From NCBI RefSeq assembly GCF_006345805.1, contig NW_021832232.1, positions 434,001 to 498,000 on the forward strand: a stretch of DNA of 64,000 bases, read 5' to 3'. Positions 26,312 to 40,100 of the stretch are shown in pieces (positions within the stretch are counted from its first letter, which is position 1; the number at the start of each line of letters is the position of its first letter). Below the pieces are notes generated by a model that saw nothing but the letters and a program-made list of their open reading frames with translations, did no database searches and was not told the DNA's origin. The position numbers were made by a program, and so were the translations under genes. Source of the DNA: Octopus sinensis (lineage: Eukaryota).

Positions 26312-26514
26312 ACATACACCCCTCGACATAAATATTGGTGAATCTTCAACTTACTTCATTCATACAAAGAATGATTTAATTTTTTCTTCAGATATATTTT
26401 AAAATCTGATAAAATTGATAAAAATTAATTTAATTATTTAAATTTTGAAATTTTGTCTAAGAAATTTGGAAAAAACAACGACTTTCATTGGCATAAAATT
26501 TGGTTATTGTGAGA

Positions 26515-27512
26515 TTAATATGTAGAATAACCTCCTTTTGCCGAATAGATCTCCCAACACCTTTTTTTCATTGACTCAACTAATTTTTCAAGTGTTTTTG
26601 ATGGAATAGAATTCCAAATATCTAATAGATTTTCCTTCAGTGCCTGAATGTTCTCATTTTTTCTTTGCCTAATTTGAACCTTCATATAAGCCCACAAATG
26701 CTTTATCGGATTTAAATCCGGAGATTGCGAAGGCCATTCTAATTTTTTAATATGTTTTTCGCAAAAATATTGAATAATCATTTTGATGGGATGGCTGGGG
26801 TGAAAAATATAGTCAACAATCCTCATTTTTTGTGCAGAATATGGCAAATTATTTGTCAAAATAGATTGATATTTTGCAGCATTAAGCGTCTTGTCTATAA
26901 ATACCAAATCGCCTACCCCATGATAGGAAAAACAACCCCACACCATGATTTTCCCTAATTTTTTATTACATCACAATTTACCTTTTTCAAATTTGACAGT
27001 TGGAGTAATATTTTAGGATTTATTTATTTAAAATTTTTTCTATACACAATTTTTCTTTTTTGGGTCGTTAATAATTAAAAAATACATTCATCAGGAAAGA
27101 TTATTGATCCAAAATAATGGTCTGAAATTTAAAGAAATTTTTTGAATCTGGAAACCATGTGTTTTTTTGTTAGAAGTGGTTTTTTCTTTGCAATTCTTCC
27201 GAAAATTCCATTTTTATTTAAATTTCGTATTATGGTTCGAGACGAGACACGTGTTCCAGAAAACTTTTATATTTCATTAGAGAGTTCAGAAGCAGTTAAA
27301 GATGAATTTTCCTCTGATGTGCGTACCAAATGATTAATTTGCACATTATTCAAAATTGATAGTCTTCCAGAACCATGTTGGCGGTCATATGATCCAGTTT
27401 TATTGTATTTCTTGATAAAATTTACGACTGTTGAATATGGAACACCGGTTTCTTTAGAAATTTTAATATATGACATATTTAAGTCGTATAGCGCAATTAT
27501 TTTCCCTTTCAT
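26515..27512 (-). mobile_element. Second, decayed Tc1-like transposase
   Basis: HTH (ISKETGVPYSTV..GSGR), MVWGCFSYHGVG, WPSQSPDLNPIKHLW; stops and deletions. Confidence 0.85.
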
Positions 27513-27894
27513 AAACGAATCGAGAGTATTATATCTAAAAATATTTTTTTATTAAGATCAATCTCTAAATACTAGCATAATTTGACGGTTAAAATTTTAT
27601 AACCAATTTTTATGTCACTAACCTAATTGCCGACATGCTTTAAATTTCTTGCAATATTAAAATTTAAATCTATTTTAATTATAAATACAAAATAAATATT
27701 ATTTTAGAAGATCTAAAGGATCTTAAAGTATGAATTTATTCGTTTTTAAATGAAAAAAAGCAAGAAAGATTAAATAACCAAATTTTTTGTCGAGGGGTGT
27801 GATTCTATCTTTTCATTGATTATTATTGATTGGAAATAGTTAATATTTATTAAAGAAAAATCAAGTAATTGTAAAAAAAAGTGTAACAAAAATA

Positions 27895-28100
27895 AGTGGT
27901 CACGTTTTTTTTGAACAAAGGTTTTTTTAAAATACTTGGTTAGCTTGGGAATATAGCCGATCATGAAATAATAAATAATGAATCATGTAGATTAAATGAT
28001 TTTAAATTTAGTATTCTTTGAAAATTTTTGAAAATAAGATACAAAAATTAAGAAAAACACATATTTTTAAGTGGTCACGTTTTTTTTGAACCGACATTAA
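27895..28100. repeat. Paired direct repeats of a Tc1 IR/DR end
   Basis: AAGTGGTCACGTTTTTTTGAAC occurs at about 27895 and 28070 and is inverted relative to GTTCAAAAAAAACGTGACCA at about 24391. Confidence 0.7.
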
Positions 28101-28322
28101 CCTGTCCGTTTTTCCAAACGTTTAATATCTCGATTAAGAAAACAAAATCAAATTCCACCATCGACTAAGTTATAATCATACTATGTTAATGGTATACAGA
28201 TATTTGATTTCATAGAAATATAATTATCGTTAAGTACATAAATCTATCATATTTCGTATAAATTTGATCCCTTCTTATTTTACTTTATATGATATATAAT
28301 GAATTATATCAAAAACCTGTAA

Positions 28323-29504
28323 ATGAATATAATATCTGTTTATACTTCTATCAATAAAAGGACATTTGATGATGATGTAATTGATCGAATGAATCATAAA
28401 ATTACTGTTATTATTCTGCTGGGATTTACCGCATTTATCACGTCTAAACAACACGTTGGGGAACCCATAAAATGTTGGTATTCTCCACAATTTAGAGGTT
28501 TAGATTCATTCTTATATTAAGTTAATTACATAAGATATGCTCAAGCAATATGCTGGATAACTAATAACCGTTATATGTCAAAAAATGATTCTGCTCGGAT
28601 ATCAGATCCAACAGTGTTTGACAATAGACCAAGTATTTTATATTATCAATGGGCTCCATTCATTTTGCTATTTTTAGCTTTTATGAACGTACTTCCAAGT
28701 TTGTTTTGGAAACACTTTCACAAAAAATATGGCCTTAATATTTCAAGTATCACAAAACATGCCAAGGCCTACAGTCTAATTGAATCCAAACCTTCCCAGA
28801 ACAAGAACATAGATATTATAATCCAAAATTTCGACAGACTTTTCAAATTGAAAAAAATACCTACAAATATCATTCAAAAACGGAAAAAATTTCGAATTTT
28901 AAACCCACTTTCTGGGCATGAATATAGAAACCATTTGAGCATACTTTATATGACTACTAAAGCAATGTTCGTTGTCAGTGTTTTGTTGCAGTTAATCTTT
29001 ATGGACGTCATTGTTGCTTATGGAAGACCAAAAGCGTTTGGCTTCCAAGTGCTTTTAAACACATTGTACAACCGTTCTATGGAAAATGAATACTTTCCAC
29101 AAATTACATATTGCAATTTTAAAATAAGAGAAATTGGAATAAGGCATCTCTATACAGTCCAATGTATATTAGCAGCAAATGCATATATCAAAGTCATGTT
29201 TGTCTTCATTTGGTTTTGGCTTAGTTTCATGTTAATTGTCAACTCAGTAAGCTTTGCTAGATGGTGTTTCTTGCTCACAAATGTCAAGTTTAAATACATT
29301 TTGAAATATTTGGGTCCCCATTTCAAAAAAAATCCCGATAATAAGAAATATTTAAGAGATTTTATAGACAACTATATGTGTTCAGATGGAATATTTCTTA
29401 TGAGACTTATTCAGGACAACTACAGCCATATATTTTTTGACAACATAATTATTCAAATGTTTTCAAATTTTGTTGAAAAAAACAAAAATGCTATTCAAGT
29501 ATAA
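28323..29504 (+). CDS. inx: Innexin (gap-junction protein), 2 exons
   Basis: DDDVIDRMNHKIT, VGEPIKCW, CWITN, YYQWAPFIL, FPQITYCNF, YTVQCIL, FVFIWFW, DGIFLMRLI; 24-nt intron at about 28498-28521. Confidence 0.95.
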
Positions 29505-29636
29505 AAACGTAATACATTAGAATTATTCTTAATTGTTTCTTTTTCAAATCTAACTTTCAAAAAAATGTTTTAAATACGTAAAACAATAGTAACTCAAAAA
29601 TTAAAAGTTTATAAAAATCCATGTTAAAGTAATTAA

Positions 29637-30480
29637 TTAGCTTAATCTTCTCTTTTTGGGCCCATAATCCAGTGACCGTATGGGTGTGTTCTCGTCGAAG
29701 CACACTCCACATTCTGAGGCCGCCCTTGGTTGACATTCCGTTTCAGCTTTCTCCTCACTAGGTATCGATATACCATGCCTCTCTTCAGCCTGCATGCTCT
29801 CCAATGTCTTCCTCAGAACCACTGTCTGAATATATGCTCTCACTCTTTCTTCCAGCTTGCGGACATCAAGATGACCCTTGAAAAATCTTGAGACAATTCC
29901 ATCCCAGGTCATTACAACAGGGATTACTTTAACTTTTGCGTGATGAATTGCTTCAAGTTCATTTGCCAATAAGTCATATTTGTGGAACTTCTCAACTTCG
30001 ACCTGCTTGAGGCAATTTTGCGAAGTAATCCCAACTTCGATAAAAGTAATTGTATTCCTCATTTTGTCATGAACAAATATATCGGGTTTGTTATTCGCCA
30101 CAGCTGTATCCGTACTAATCGTAGTATCCACACGAATCTCCACAAATTCATTGCTAACAACAGATTGAACTGAGTGTGTCTTTAGTTTCTTAGTTTTCCT
30201 TATTCCATATTGACGACAGAGATGTAAGTGAATACATCTGACTATTCGTTATGCCGTCTAAGATATGAGCTATTCAGCATTCTCCCGCACCTAGTTGCAA
30301 GGTGATCAACTGTTTTTCTTGCCGAGTTACAATGCGTGCACTTATTTTCTTCATTATCAAAAAACATGTTGCGGTCCTGAAGTAGACACAGTCTCCCTTC
30401 AGTCATGGGGGAATGATTTCCATTAACCAACCATCCAGAAGATTCACAAACATTTACTTCCGTGTCTTTCAGACATTGAA
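29637..30480 (-). mobile_element. Non-LTR retrotransposon 3' fragment: CCHC knuckle + PD-(D/E)xK endonuclease
   Basis: CTHC..TVDHLATRC..YLRRHNE; NNKPDIFVHDK..IEVGIT..EVEKFHKY..IPVVMTWDG. Confidence 0.85.
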
Positions 30481-30549
30481 AAGTTTATATATAAAAATAT
30501 TAAAATAGATAATACAGTGTTTTTCATATTATATTAACTAACTGAAGCA

Positions 30550-30853
30550 CTTTTCGCATCAGAACCTGCTGATGTCCGCATCCGCCCCTGGATCTATTGC
30601 CACAACCGCGGAATGCAAAAAGATGCGGAAGTACTCCTCACTTATGAAAAAGTTCCAATTCCTCCCATTCGCAGTTGAGACTTCCGGTTCCTTGGGCGGT
30701 AAGGCAATCAGTTCGTTCAGGAGATCGGGTCTCGCATGTCTGCTCTCACAGGCGACGCCAGCGAATCAAGATGGTTTTTCGAGCGGATATCCTTCGCGAC
30801 AGTACGCTCTAATTCTTTCTCGATCGCGTCGGCTTCTCGTGCATATTAAGTAG
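30550..30853 (+). mobile_element. CRE-like retrotransposon C-terminal fragment
   Basis: AECKKMRKYSSL..FLPFAVETSGSLG; homologous to 23944-24270. Confidence 0.7.
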
Positions 30854-30999
30854 TCTGAAAATTGGATTAGTAATCTTTAAAAATCAATAAAAATATTCAC
30901 TGAAACATACTCAAAAATTAATATAGGCCCACTCGAATATAAGCCCTATCATTTTTAATACTTATTATTATCGCACACCCCGTAGGAACATGAACAGAA

Positions 31000-31500
31000 A
31001 AAGTCATATTCCCACACGTGCCACATACGATACGACTTTCTTATCAATTTTCATCCAACTTCCGCGGTTTGAGCTGGCTGCGGTGTTTGTCCAGGTCATC
31101 ATAGTTGTTCAGGGTTCTCCGCACAGATTAAGTCATGCTGCAGAACAGTCGGCAATGTTGTTCGAGTTCGTCAACGGAATTTTGGTCCATCTGTCAGAAA
31201 GTATTCTTCCATGGCCTGGTAGGCAGGTGTAGTTGGATCCATTCTCAGGATGTGCCCGAATAGCCTCCAGCGGCCGTCTATGATGTCCCGGCTAATTGGC
31301 AGGCCAGTGTTAACCATTTAAGACACGACGTTTTTTCTTTCTTTAAAATGAGTCAAAATTCTTTAGTTCGGTGTCGGAGATTCTCCATATAGATGAATTG
31401 TACAGTAGGACGGGTTTAACAAAAGCATTGTAGTTATAGTCCGTAGTGATAAGTGCACGGACAATGTCGAAACAAGCCTTCGTGACGGCTTTAAACACTT
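31000..31500 (-). mobile_element. RTE-type LINE fragment (post-RT region)
   Basis: YNAFVKPVLLYNSSIWRISDTELKNFDSF on the minus strand; disrupted. Confidence 0.55.
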
Positions 31501-32732
31501 TTTATTGTAATTATTTATTTGGAAAAGCAATATCAATTTCAGTAAAATTAGAAGTCAAAAAAAACTATTCCGTTGTATATAAATTTAAGAGTAATAAATG
31601 GGAAAGATGAAATAAGAAAGTTTATTCAGCTAAAAATGAAGAACAATGAGAAAGGAAATCTCTTCAAATCGAATTTGTCGAAATAGCAAGTCCGGTTAAG
31701 AGAATTTAGGAGAATATTTCTGATGACTGTGTTTGTAACCCTCTTATGCCGGGTTATCTTAATTTTAGGTGCTCACTTGAAGAGTCATTTGTATTCAAGC
31801 ACAGAAGTTTGAATCTTCTGTCTCAAAAAGCTACTCGAAATCATCGAGTAAATTGATTCCACATTTTGATAGCGGCCCAAAAAATTTTTTGAACGGTAAA
31901 ATTCTCATATCTGCAAGAAGATGAATATGTCTATAAGCTAAAAATTATTACTAAAAATGCTATCAAGCTTTACAAATAATCAAAGATTTTTATAATCAAT
32001 TCAGAAATTTTGACGTTAATAGGTCTAATGGCTTAAATAAAACAAGTAAGGCTTTCACGAAAGACGAAAACTACATGATTTAGATAATTTTTATGGATTC
32101 TGTTATCCGCCATCTTCTAATAATCGCCAAATTTATAGAACTCCTATTTTTGGCGGATATGAAAGACATGTAACTATTGTCGCAAAATTTTCAATTTAGT
32201 CAACGTCGAAGATAGTGGGGATCTGTCAAAAAATTCACTCTAAAGGGATTCATTAATCAATATTTTTTTAATAAATAGCCGTAAATTCATTGATGACACC
32301 TGACATGGTTTCACCCTCAGCTATCGACATAATATGATTTTAAAATTTATTAGAAAATAATTATAAACTATTTATTATCGTTGCCATAATATAACACGAT
32401 TTTTGCCAGAGAAACCATTTTTTATGAACAATTAAAAATGAATTTTTAATATTCAAAGAAGAAAAGCAAATTCTCTTATTATAATAATTCTTATTATGTA
32501 TTTCTAGCAAAATCGAAATTTTTTAGTTAAAAAAATTATATTTTTTACTTAGTGGTGCTAAAACATGAATTGAACAGAATTTAATAATGATTTTTTCACA
32601 AAATATTTTTTTCCAATTTTAACTTAAATTAATAAAAAAACTTAAAAATATAATTTATTAATATAAAATATATTTTTTAATTGGCAAACCTTATATCACA
32701 AGATTGACAACGCAATAAATTGATTGCAAATA

Positions 32733-33233
32733 ATGGTTTTTCATTTTGCTGTGGTTATATCTTTAGGTTCTTTCTTCTGGTGTCAAAGTTAATGACGAGG
32801 TTATATCGCGCTTTAACGACATGAAACTAAAAAGGACAAAACCACATTTCCTAGTATTCGGGTACTGCAATAACTACGAACAAATCGAGCTAAAATATTC
32901 AGGAGAAGAGTTTAATGATCTCACTGATGGTAAAAATTAAATTAAGTTACTCCCTGTAGAGGAGGCTTTTGATAAGCTGTTAGACTACATTCGCTCTACA
33001 GACGATTGTTTTTATTTGGTTGTCGATATTGTTGGTAAGCTGCTCCTGATAAAATGGTTAAACTAATAAAATACAAAATTACTAGGAATAATGAAAGATC
33101 TGGTATTAAAAGCCGAATGATGATTGCTTCTTCTTTTAATGAAATGAAGATTAAGTTGCAAACCAAGAGCATTGAAGTCAATGACATAAACGATTTGAAG
33201 TACAGCGATATTGTTAGGGAAGTCAGAAAGTGA
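32733..33233 (+). CDS. ADF/cofilin, 4 exons
   Basis: M-VLSSGVKVNDEVISRFNDMKLKR..DDCFYLVVD..KLLLIKWNNERSGIKSRMMIASS..IEVNDINDL; intron immediately after the ATG, as is common in cofilin genes. Confidence 0.85.
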
Positions 33234-34153
33234 CGCCGTTTTGTTAATTTTGGATTCCTTTGTTTCTACAATAATGCAATTAATTTCATTAATAAATTTG
33301 ATTATTTCAATTCACAGTAGTTATATTTAGTTTAAATTCTGTACAAATACCACCATGAGGCTGGCTTTTAAGTGCGCTTATCGTAGTTATCTAAGATTAT
33401 TTAACTGCGAAATTTTTCTTATTTTTAATAAAGTTTTTAAGGTTTAATTAGATATATAGCCTCAAAAATGTTTGCCTCTAAATATATAATTGATTTAAGT
33501 TAAAGATATTTATTTAATAGCTTTGATATCATCTACCTGTCCATCGATCACTTTTATCATCAATTGTCAATAATATCACTCTTCAATGATGTTATAATCT
33601 ATATTATCACAGTTGGAGACGTTCAATTAAAAATAAAGTTGTGAAAAACTATATCAGCAGATGCATCACTTATAAAAGTTATGATCAATTAATCAAAAAA
33701 CCGCAAACCAAAAAATAATAATTTTCTTTTCTAGCAATTATCAACAGTAAAATTTTACAAAAGTTTCTTAAATATTTCATTTCTACTTTAAATTATTATC
33801 TAAGCCGATATTGAAAGTAATACGAGTTAATAGTTAAATTATTTAAAATTAACGATCGATTGAAATAGCAAAATACAAAAAGTAAAGTGAAACTTTTTTG
33901 TTACGATACTTAAATGTAAAAAGTTTTATAGTATATTTACGACCTGAAAAATTTAGAATCATAAATATTTAACATTTTTGTGAGAAAAAAATTGTTTATA
34001 TCTGACCTGAATACTAACGATTTTTATTTTGACAGATTGCAAATTATCCTAAAAAAGTTGATCAATCACATTAAATTGAATATAATTTTTTGGTCCATAT
34101 GTTACAATTAATGATATATTATGAAAAAAATAACATATTTTCAGGATCATTCA

Positions 34154-37100
34154 ATGCTAGGGATTATACTAATATTAGTAATCCAGTGCCAGAGGTTATT
34201 TGCTAATAATGCAGTGAATTCTTCAAGGTAATGCTTTTTTAATTTTTTAATTTAGATATTGCAACGTAACTAAACAAGTTACCGAGAAAAAAACTGATCT
34301 TTGTCGAAATTTTATTGATATGCTTTACGACAGCTGGTTCCTTGCAGAAAGTTACTCTAAATATTCAAGAAATGATTTGCTACAATTGTTAGAGACTAAA
34401 AGTGATAAATTGTGTGACTATGCCCGGTATATATTTTAATATGTCTTATAATAGAAATGTTTCTGTGGAAGTGCAAACATGTTGCGAAGGCTACACTGGA
34501 CAACTTTGCGATAAACGTAAAAATTCTCATCTCTATTATAGCTGTTTGCTCGCCAAAATGCTTAAATGGAATTTGCATAGCACCAAATGTGTGTAATTGC
34601 AAAGACGGATTTGCCGGATTCAGATGTGAAGACGATCTATCAAGTTTTTTTTACATAAAAAACAATTAAACCTCAACAGAAATAACTAATGAATTAAAAT
34701 ACTGCTATAAATACAACAAATGTTATGGGGAAAAGTACTTTGATCAAAGTGGAATTAGCAATTCAAACTCAATAAAAACATTTTCCGACTGTTGTTCATT
34801 TAATATACAGGGTTCATGGGGATATCCTGGAAACCACACTTGCTTACCATGCCAATCTGGTTTTTATAAATGTTTAATTTACACATAGATCAAACAGGTG
34901 CGACGATGAATAATTCGTATGGTATATTTCTGAAAATATATTTATAGTTTTAACAATAAAGAATAAATATGCTTTACCCTTTTCTACATGTGAGAATTCC
35001 TTTTCACACTATCGGACATTTGATGGAAGAGAATATACATTTTACAGCCAATGTTGGTACACTCTTGTTGCAAATCCTTCCAATTCGATAACAATAAGTG
35101 CCTTAGCGTCGAACTGCAAAAGTTGTCTTATGTGTAGAAAAGTTAGTTTGTATATTTAATAATTATAGGAAATGAGAATTGTCGTAGAAAAAGATCCTAT
35201 AGTCACTTTCAAAGGAAATGAAGTTCTAGTTGATGGGGTCAAGATTTCTACGAACACTACTTATTTTAGCGACAGTTTTTTCATATTTAATTAAAAACTT
35301 AAAGTGTTTGAGATATCAAAAACTCATTCCTACGTTAATTACGTTAATAAAAGAGGGATTCGAATAAAATGGGAGTCCACATCAGGGAATGTTATCCATA
35401 TTACAATGAACAAAATTTTCCAGCAATCAGAGTTTCGGGGACTTTGTGGGCTATTTGACGGGAATATTCAAAGTAAAGTTGAATAAAATACAAATTTTAA
35501 GATGATTTTACAACGATCAATAACATTGTTACTCAGGATGTCGCAAAATTTGCAAATTCTTTTAAAGAAGGTTATAGCAAAGTATCTAGTTTCTCGTAAT
35601 TTTTAGTGTCCTGATGGATACACTGGTTTGCCAAAATGTTCAGATCCTACTTTTATTAAAGAAGCTGAAATTCAATGTAGTAAAATAAATTCCAATTTGT
35701 TCTCTGCTTGTTCTCAAAGAGTGATTTTTTGTTTTCAATTACTAAAGGTTGATCCGAAAGGATTATACGAACGATGCAAAAAGGAATATTGCTATGCTCG
35801 TGAAACATCGACAATTGAAGAAGCAAATGCTCTTCTCTGTGCCACTTTGGAAGAATATTCTTCGTTTTGTTCTGAATCAGGACTTAATATTCACTGGAGA
35901 ACTTCCAAGATATGCCGTATCTTTGACTATCATATCATAAATAGCAATTAAATGTCCTGGAAATATGGAATACACCGAATGCATAAATTCATGTACAACA
36001 TGCTCATCAATGCCACATCTTCTGAAAAAGTGCAACGATGACTGCACTCCTGGATGCCAGTGTCCCAGTGGAACATTTTTTGATGGAAGAAATTGTGTAG
36101 AAGCGAAATACTGCCCTTGCTACTTTGGGAAGAAAATATATGAAAATGGTGAAATAATAAAACAAAATTGTAAAACATGGTTTCAATTAAAATTAACGAC
36201 TTATAGCGTATGTAAATCAGGTTTTTGGCAATGTCCAAATATCGAGTGTCCAGGAGAATGCCAATTAATTGGCATTGGAAACTATTTAACATTTGATCTC
36301 GAAAGCTTTAAACATTTATATAGTAATCCATGCATATACGAACTTCTTAAAGTATTTCTATAATCAACATTTTTTTAGCTAAGAGAAGAAGATCTATCCA
36401 TATCTGTTGACAATTCTCAGTGTAGTGTAGGAGATAAAAACAGTCTTTATGGAAACAATACTATTTGTCAGCGAAAGATTTTAATAACAATAAGAAAGTC
36501 GACTTCAATCCTACTTCATTCATTTAATAAGAATCCAATTGTGCAAATAAACAACATTTCTCTAAAAAATTTTCCACAACATAGCAAATTTTTCAGAATC
36601 CGTAAAATTGAACCAAATTTTATAATGCTATCGCGCTATGGCCTTCATATTCTTTGGGATTTGCAGTCCCGGATTTATATAACCTTGGGAAACTTTCATC
36701 TCCGAAAAGTATTAATATCATTTAAATGACATTTTAGTCACTTGGAATGTGTGGGACATTTGATTACAATTCAAAAAATGAATACTTGACGAGAAGTGGA
36801 AGCCTTGAATTTAACTACAAATCCTTGGCTAAGGAATACACTTTAAGTACACAAGACCAATGCCAAACTGCAAGTGCAGTGCTTCTAGAGTGTCCAATTA
36901 AAATAAAGGTTGATTTTTTAAAGATTCAATTTTTAGAATGAAGCTATTCTAAATTGTGAACCATTGATAGAAAATCAGGGCATACTGTCAAAGTGTTTCG
37001 AAGCTGTCAATTCTCCAGAATATCATCAAATGTGCATAAAAGATATATGTGCTATGAATGGGATCCAAGCTAACCAAGTTGCCTGCATTCACATTTCTGC

Positions 37101-40100
37101 TTATGTCTACGAATGCGCGAAGAAAGGAATAAATGTAACATGGGACGCACTCCGAATGAAATGCGGTGAAAAATAAAAATATTTTTGTAGGTATAAATTG
37201 TCCCGAAAACAGTGAGTTTCACAATTGCATGTCACCATGTGGACTACATTGTCACGAAAATGAAGGGAACGATGAAGAATGCAAATCAAACTGTGTTCCA
37301 GGATGTAAATGCAAAGATGGGATGATTTTTGATGCCAATGGTCGTTGTGTTCATCGGAGTAACTGCACTTGTATTGATAAAGATATCACATATAAGAATC
37401 ATGATAAATTTTCTACGTCCTCAATGAATTGGTGATTAACTTTCATTCTTAACTACAGCATTTGCATCGAAGGAGTAATTAAGTGTCACAAAAAAAATTC
37501 TTCTATATCATGCCCAAACAATTTAGTTCAAAGAATAACTAAAGGGTGTCCAAAACGTTGTGATTCGACTCAAGACGAACTTGAAGAATGTGCTAATAAT
37601 ATTTATCATGGCTGTGGCTGTAATGAAGGATATGTTTTATCTCAAATGGTATGCCGTTAATTTTTTGTAATAATATTTGTAGAATGAATGTGTTATGCCA
37701 GATGAATGTCCGTGTTTTCATGCAAATAAATTTTATAAATTCGGTGATAAAATTGGATCAAAATGTTCTAACTAGTAAAATTATAGTTTAATTTCATTTA
37801 AAAGTATCTGCAAAAATAAAGTTTGGATTAAAAATACAGATAGTCAAGAATGTGGAGGTAATTTATGCTAAATACTTTACATTTAGGCACCTGTACTACA
37901 TACGGAGATTCACATTTTGTAACATTTGATGGGAAGGCTTTCTCGTTTGAAGGACAATGCAAATATACTATTGCAAAGTCAAAAGCAAATTCCTCTTTTG
38001 TAATAAATACTCAAAATTTTGCATGCGGAGTATCAGGTAGGAATAAATAGTCACTAAATATTAAAGGTCTAACATGTTTGAAATTAGTGGAAATAATAAT
38101 TGAAAACGTTCAAATTCAACTTGGTGATAACAATGAATTTATAATAAATGGGCGTAAATTAACAAACGATTATCATGCTAAACATATTCATATCATATAT
38201 AAACATCAATCACATGTTCGTGTGATCTCCGAAAAAATTGGCTTTGAAATACTCTGGGACAAAGGAACGACAGTTTATATTTATCTAAATCGAAAATGGA
38301 TGGGAAAAGTTACCGGACTTTGTGGTGACTTTGATAACAATCAACTAAACGAATTTACAACTCCTAGTCTTGCATTTCTCAACTCGGCTGATGATTTCGC
38401 AAATTCTTGGCGTGTTCCTAGTTCGGAATGCAGTATGAATTTTAATAAAACTTCCGGAAACTTTCTGAAAATTTGTCCACATAATGTATTTGAATTATTG
38501 TAAATTTTTAGGAAAGATTTAAGTGGGCTAATGATAAATGCTCAATTATTAATTCGGGGACTATGTTCCAGACATGTCGAGATGTCTTATCAGAAGATGT
38601 TGTAGATACTTTTTTTGAAAACTGCCTATATGATGCATGCCAGTAATAAGTTGACGAATTTAATGAATAGTTGTACTGAGGGAGGAGATTGTGAATGTTT
38701 GTGTACTTCTGTAGCTGCATTTGCACAGACTTGCACTAACAACGGGGTAGAAGTATTATGGAGATCACCATCATTTTGTCGTATCAAATAGTTTTGATTT
38801 AAGTAAAAGCTTACATGTGCCAAAATGGAAAAGAATATCATTCATGTGGTAATCCTTTGACAAAAAAATGCGATTATTCGATTTCAAAGTATTTATTGCC
38901 GACCAAAGATATGGTTTGTCACGAAGGATGTTTCTGTTCCAATAATTTGCGCGAAGATGGTATTTATATATTTTAAGTTTTATAAAGTTAATGGGAAATG
39001 TGTTGAACAGCAAGATTGCGCATGCCAGTTACGAGGAGAGTACTATGATCCCGGATCCGAAATTATAATCGGATGTGAAAAATGGTTTAAGAATAAGAAT
39101 AAATTTAGTTTTTGTAAAAATGGAAAGTTTGAATGTTCTGACGAAAATTGTATTAAATGCCAGAAAGAAGAATATAGGTGCTTAAATGGTCTACAATGTT
39201 TGCCTTTAAATAAAAAATGTGATAACAAAATTGATTGCCTTGATGGATCAGATGAAAAAAATTGCGGAGGTTTCAGCATATGAATTTTATTTTCAAGTTT
39301 CGAAATGTAAAAATGGAAGTTTTTGTTGTGATAATTTCCGGATAATCGACATTTCAATGAAATGTGATGGAATTGCAGACTGTATGGATGGGACTGACGA
39401 GGAAACCTGCGGTATTTAACTTTTAAGAAAATAATTATTTACAGAAACTTGCCAGGATGATAGATTTGACTGTGGATACGGAGAATGTATTGATAACAAA
39501 TATCGATGTGACGGAACCAAGCACTGTATTACAGGAAATGATGAGCTTAATTGCAAACCTGGAATATGCAAAAACAAAACTGAATATTCGTGTAACAACG
39601 GCGGATGTGTTAAACATACTGCTATATGTGACGGTCATGATGATTGTGGGGATGGGTCAGACGAAATTAATTGCTTTGGAGGTCTGATTTAAAATTGATT
39701 TTGATTTTAGTTTGTCATTTACGTGAATTAACAAAAACGGATTTATTCAAAATTTACAGTACTAGCAACAACAATACCATAACAAATGTGTTACACGAGA
39801 CACAGTTGTGGAAGTTTGACGAATCAGATAATGAAACAACATTCCATTATATTATTCCGAGCAAAACGATCAGAATAATGAAAATACAAGCTTCTGCAAT
39901 TAACACCGATGAAGTCATCCTTATGATGGAAATAAAAGAAAACAACCCTCAGTTGTTACATTTAATGGCAGTAATTAATTGTAATTTGATAGGAAACAAA
40001 AATTACAAACAATTTTTTCACAATTAATATCCCAGAACATGCTCAGAAAAGTCAATATTTTAAAACAGTTTTCAAAAGTAATGGGAAAAAAGCAAATAAG

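Noticed and set aside
25402-26349. 315-aa ORF as a single protein
   Set aside because: Chimera: antisense CRE fragment, Tc1 N-terminal half and antisense hAT end. The transposase starts at 26125.
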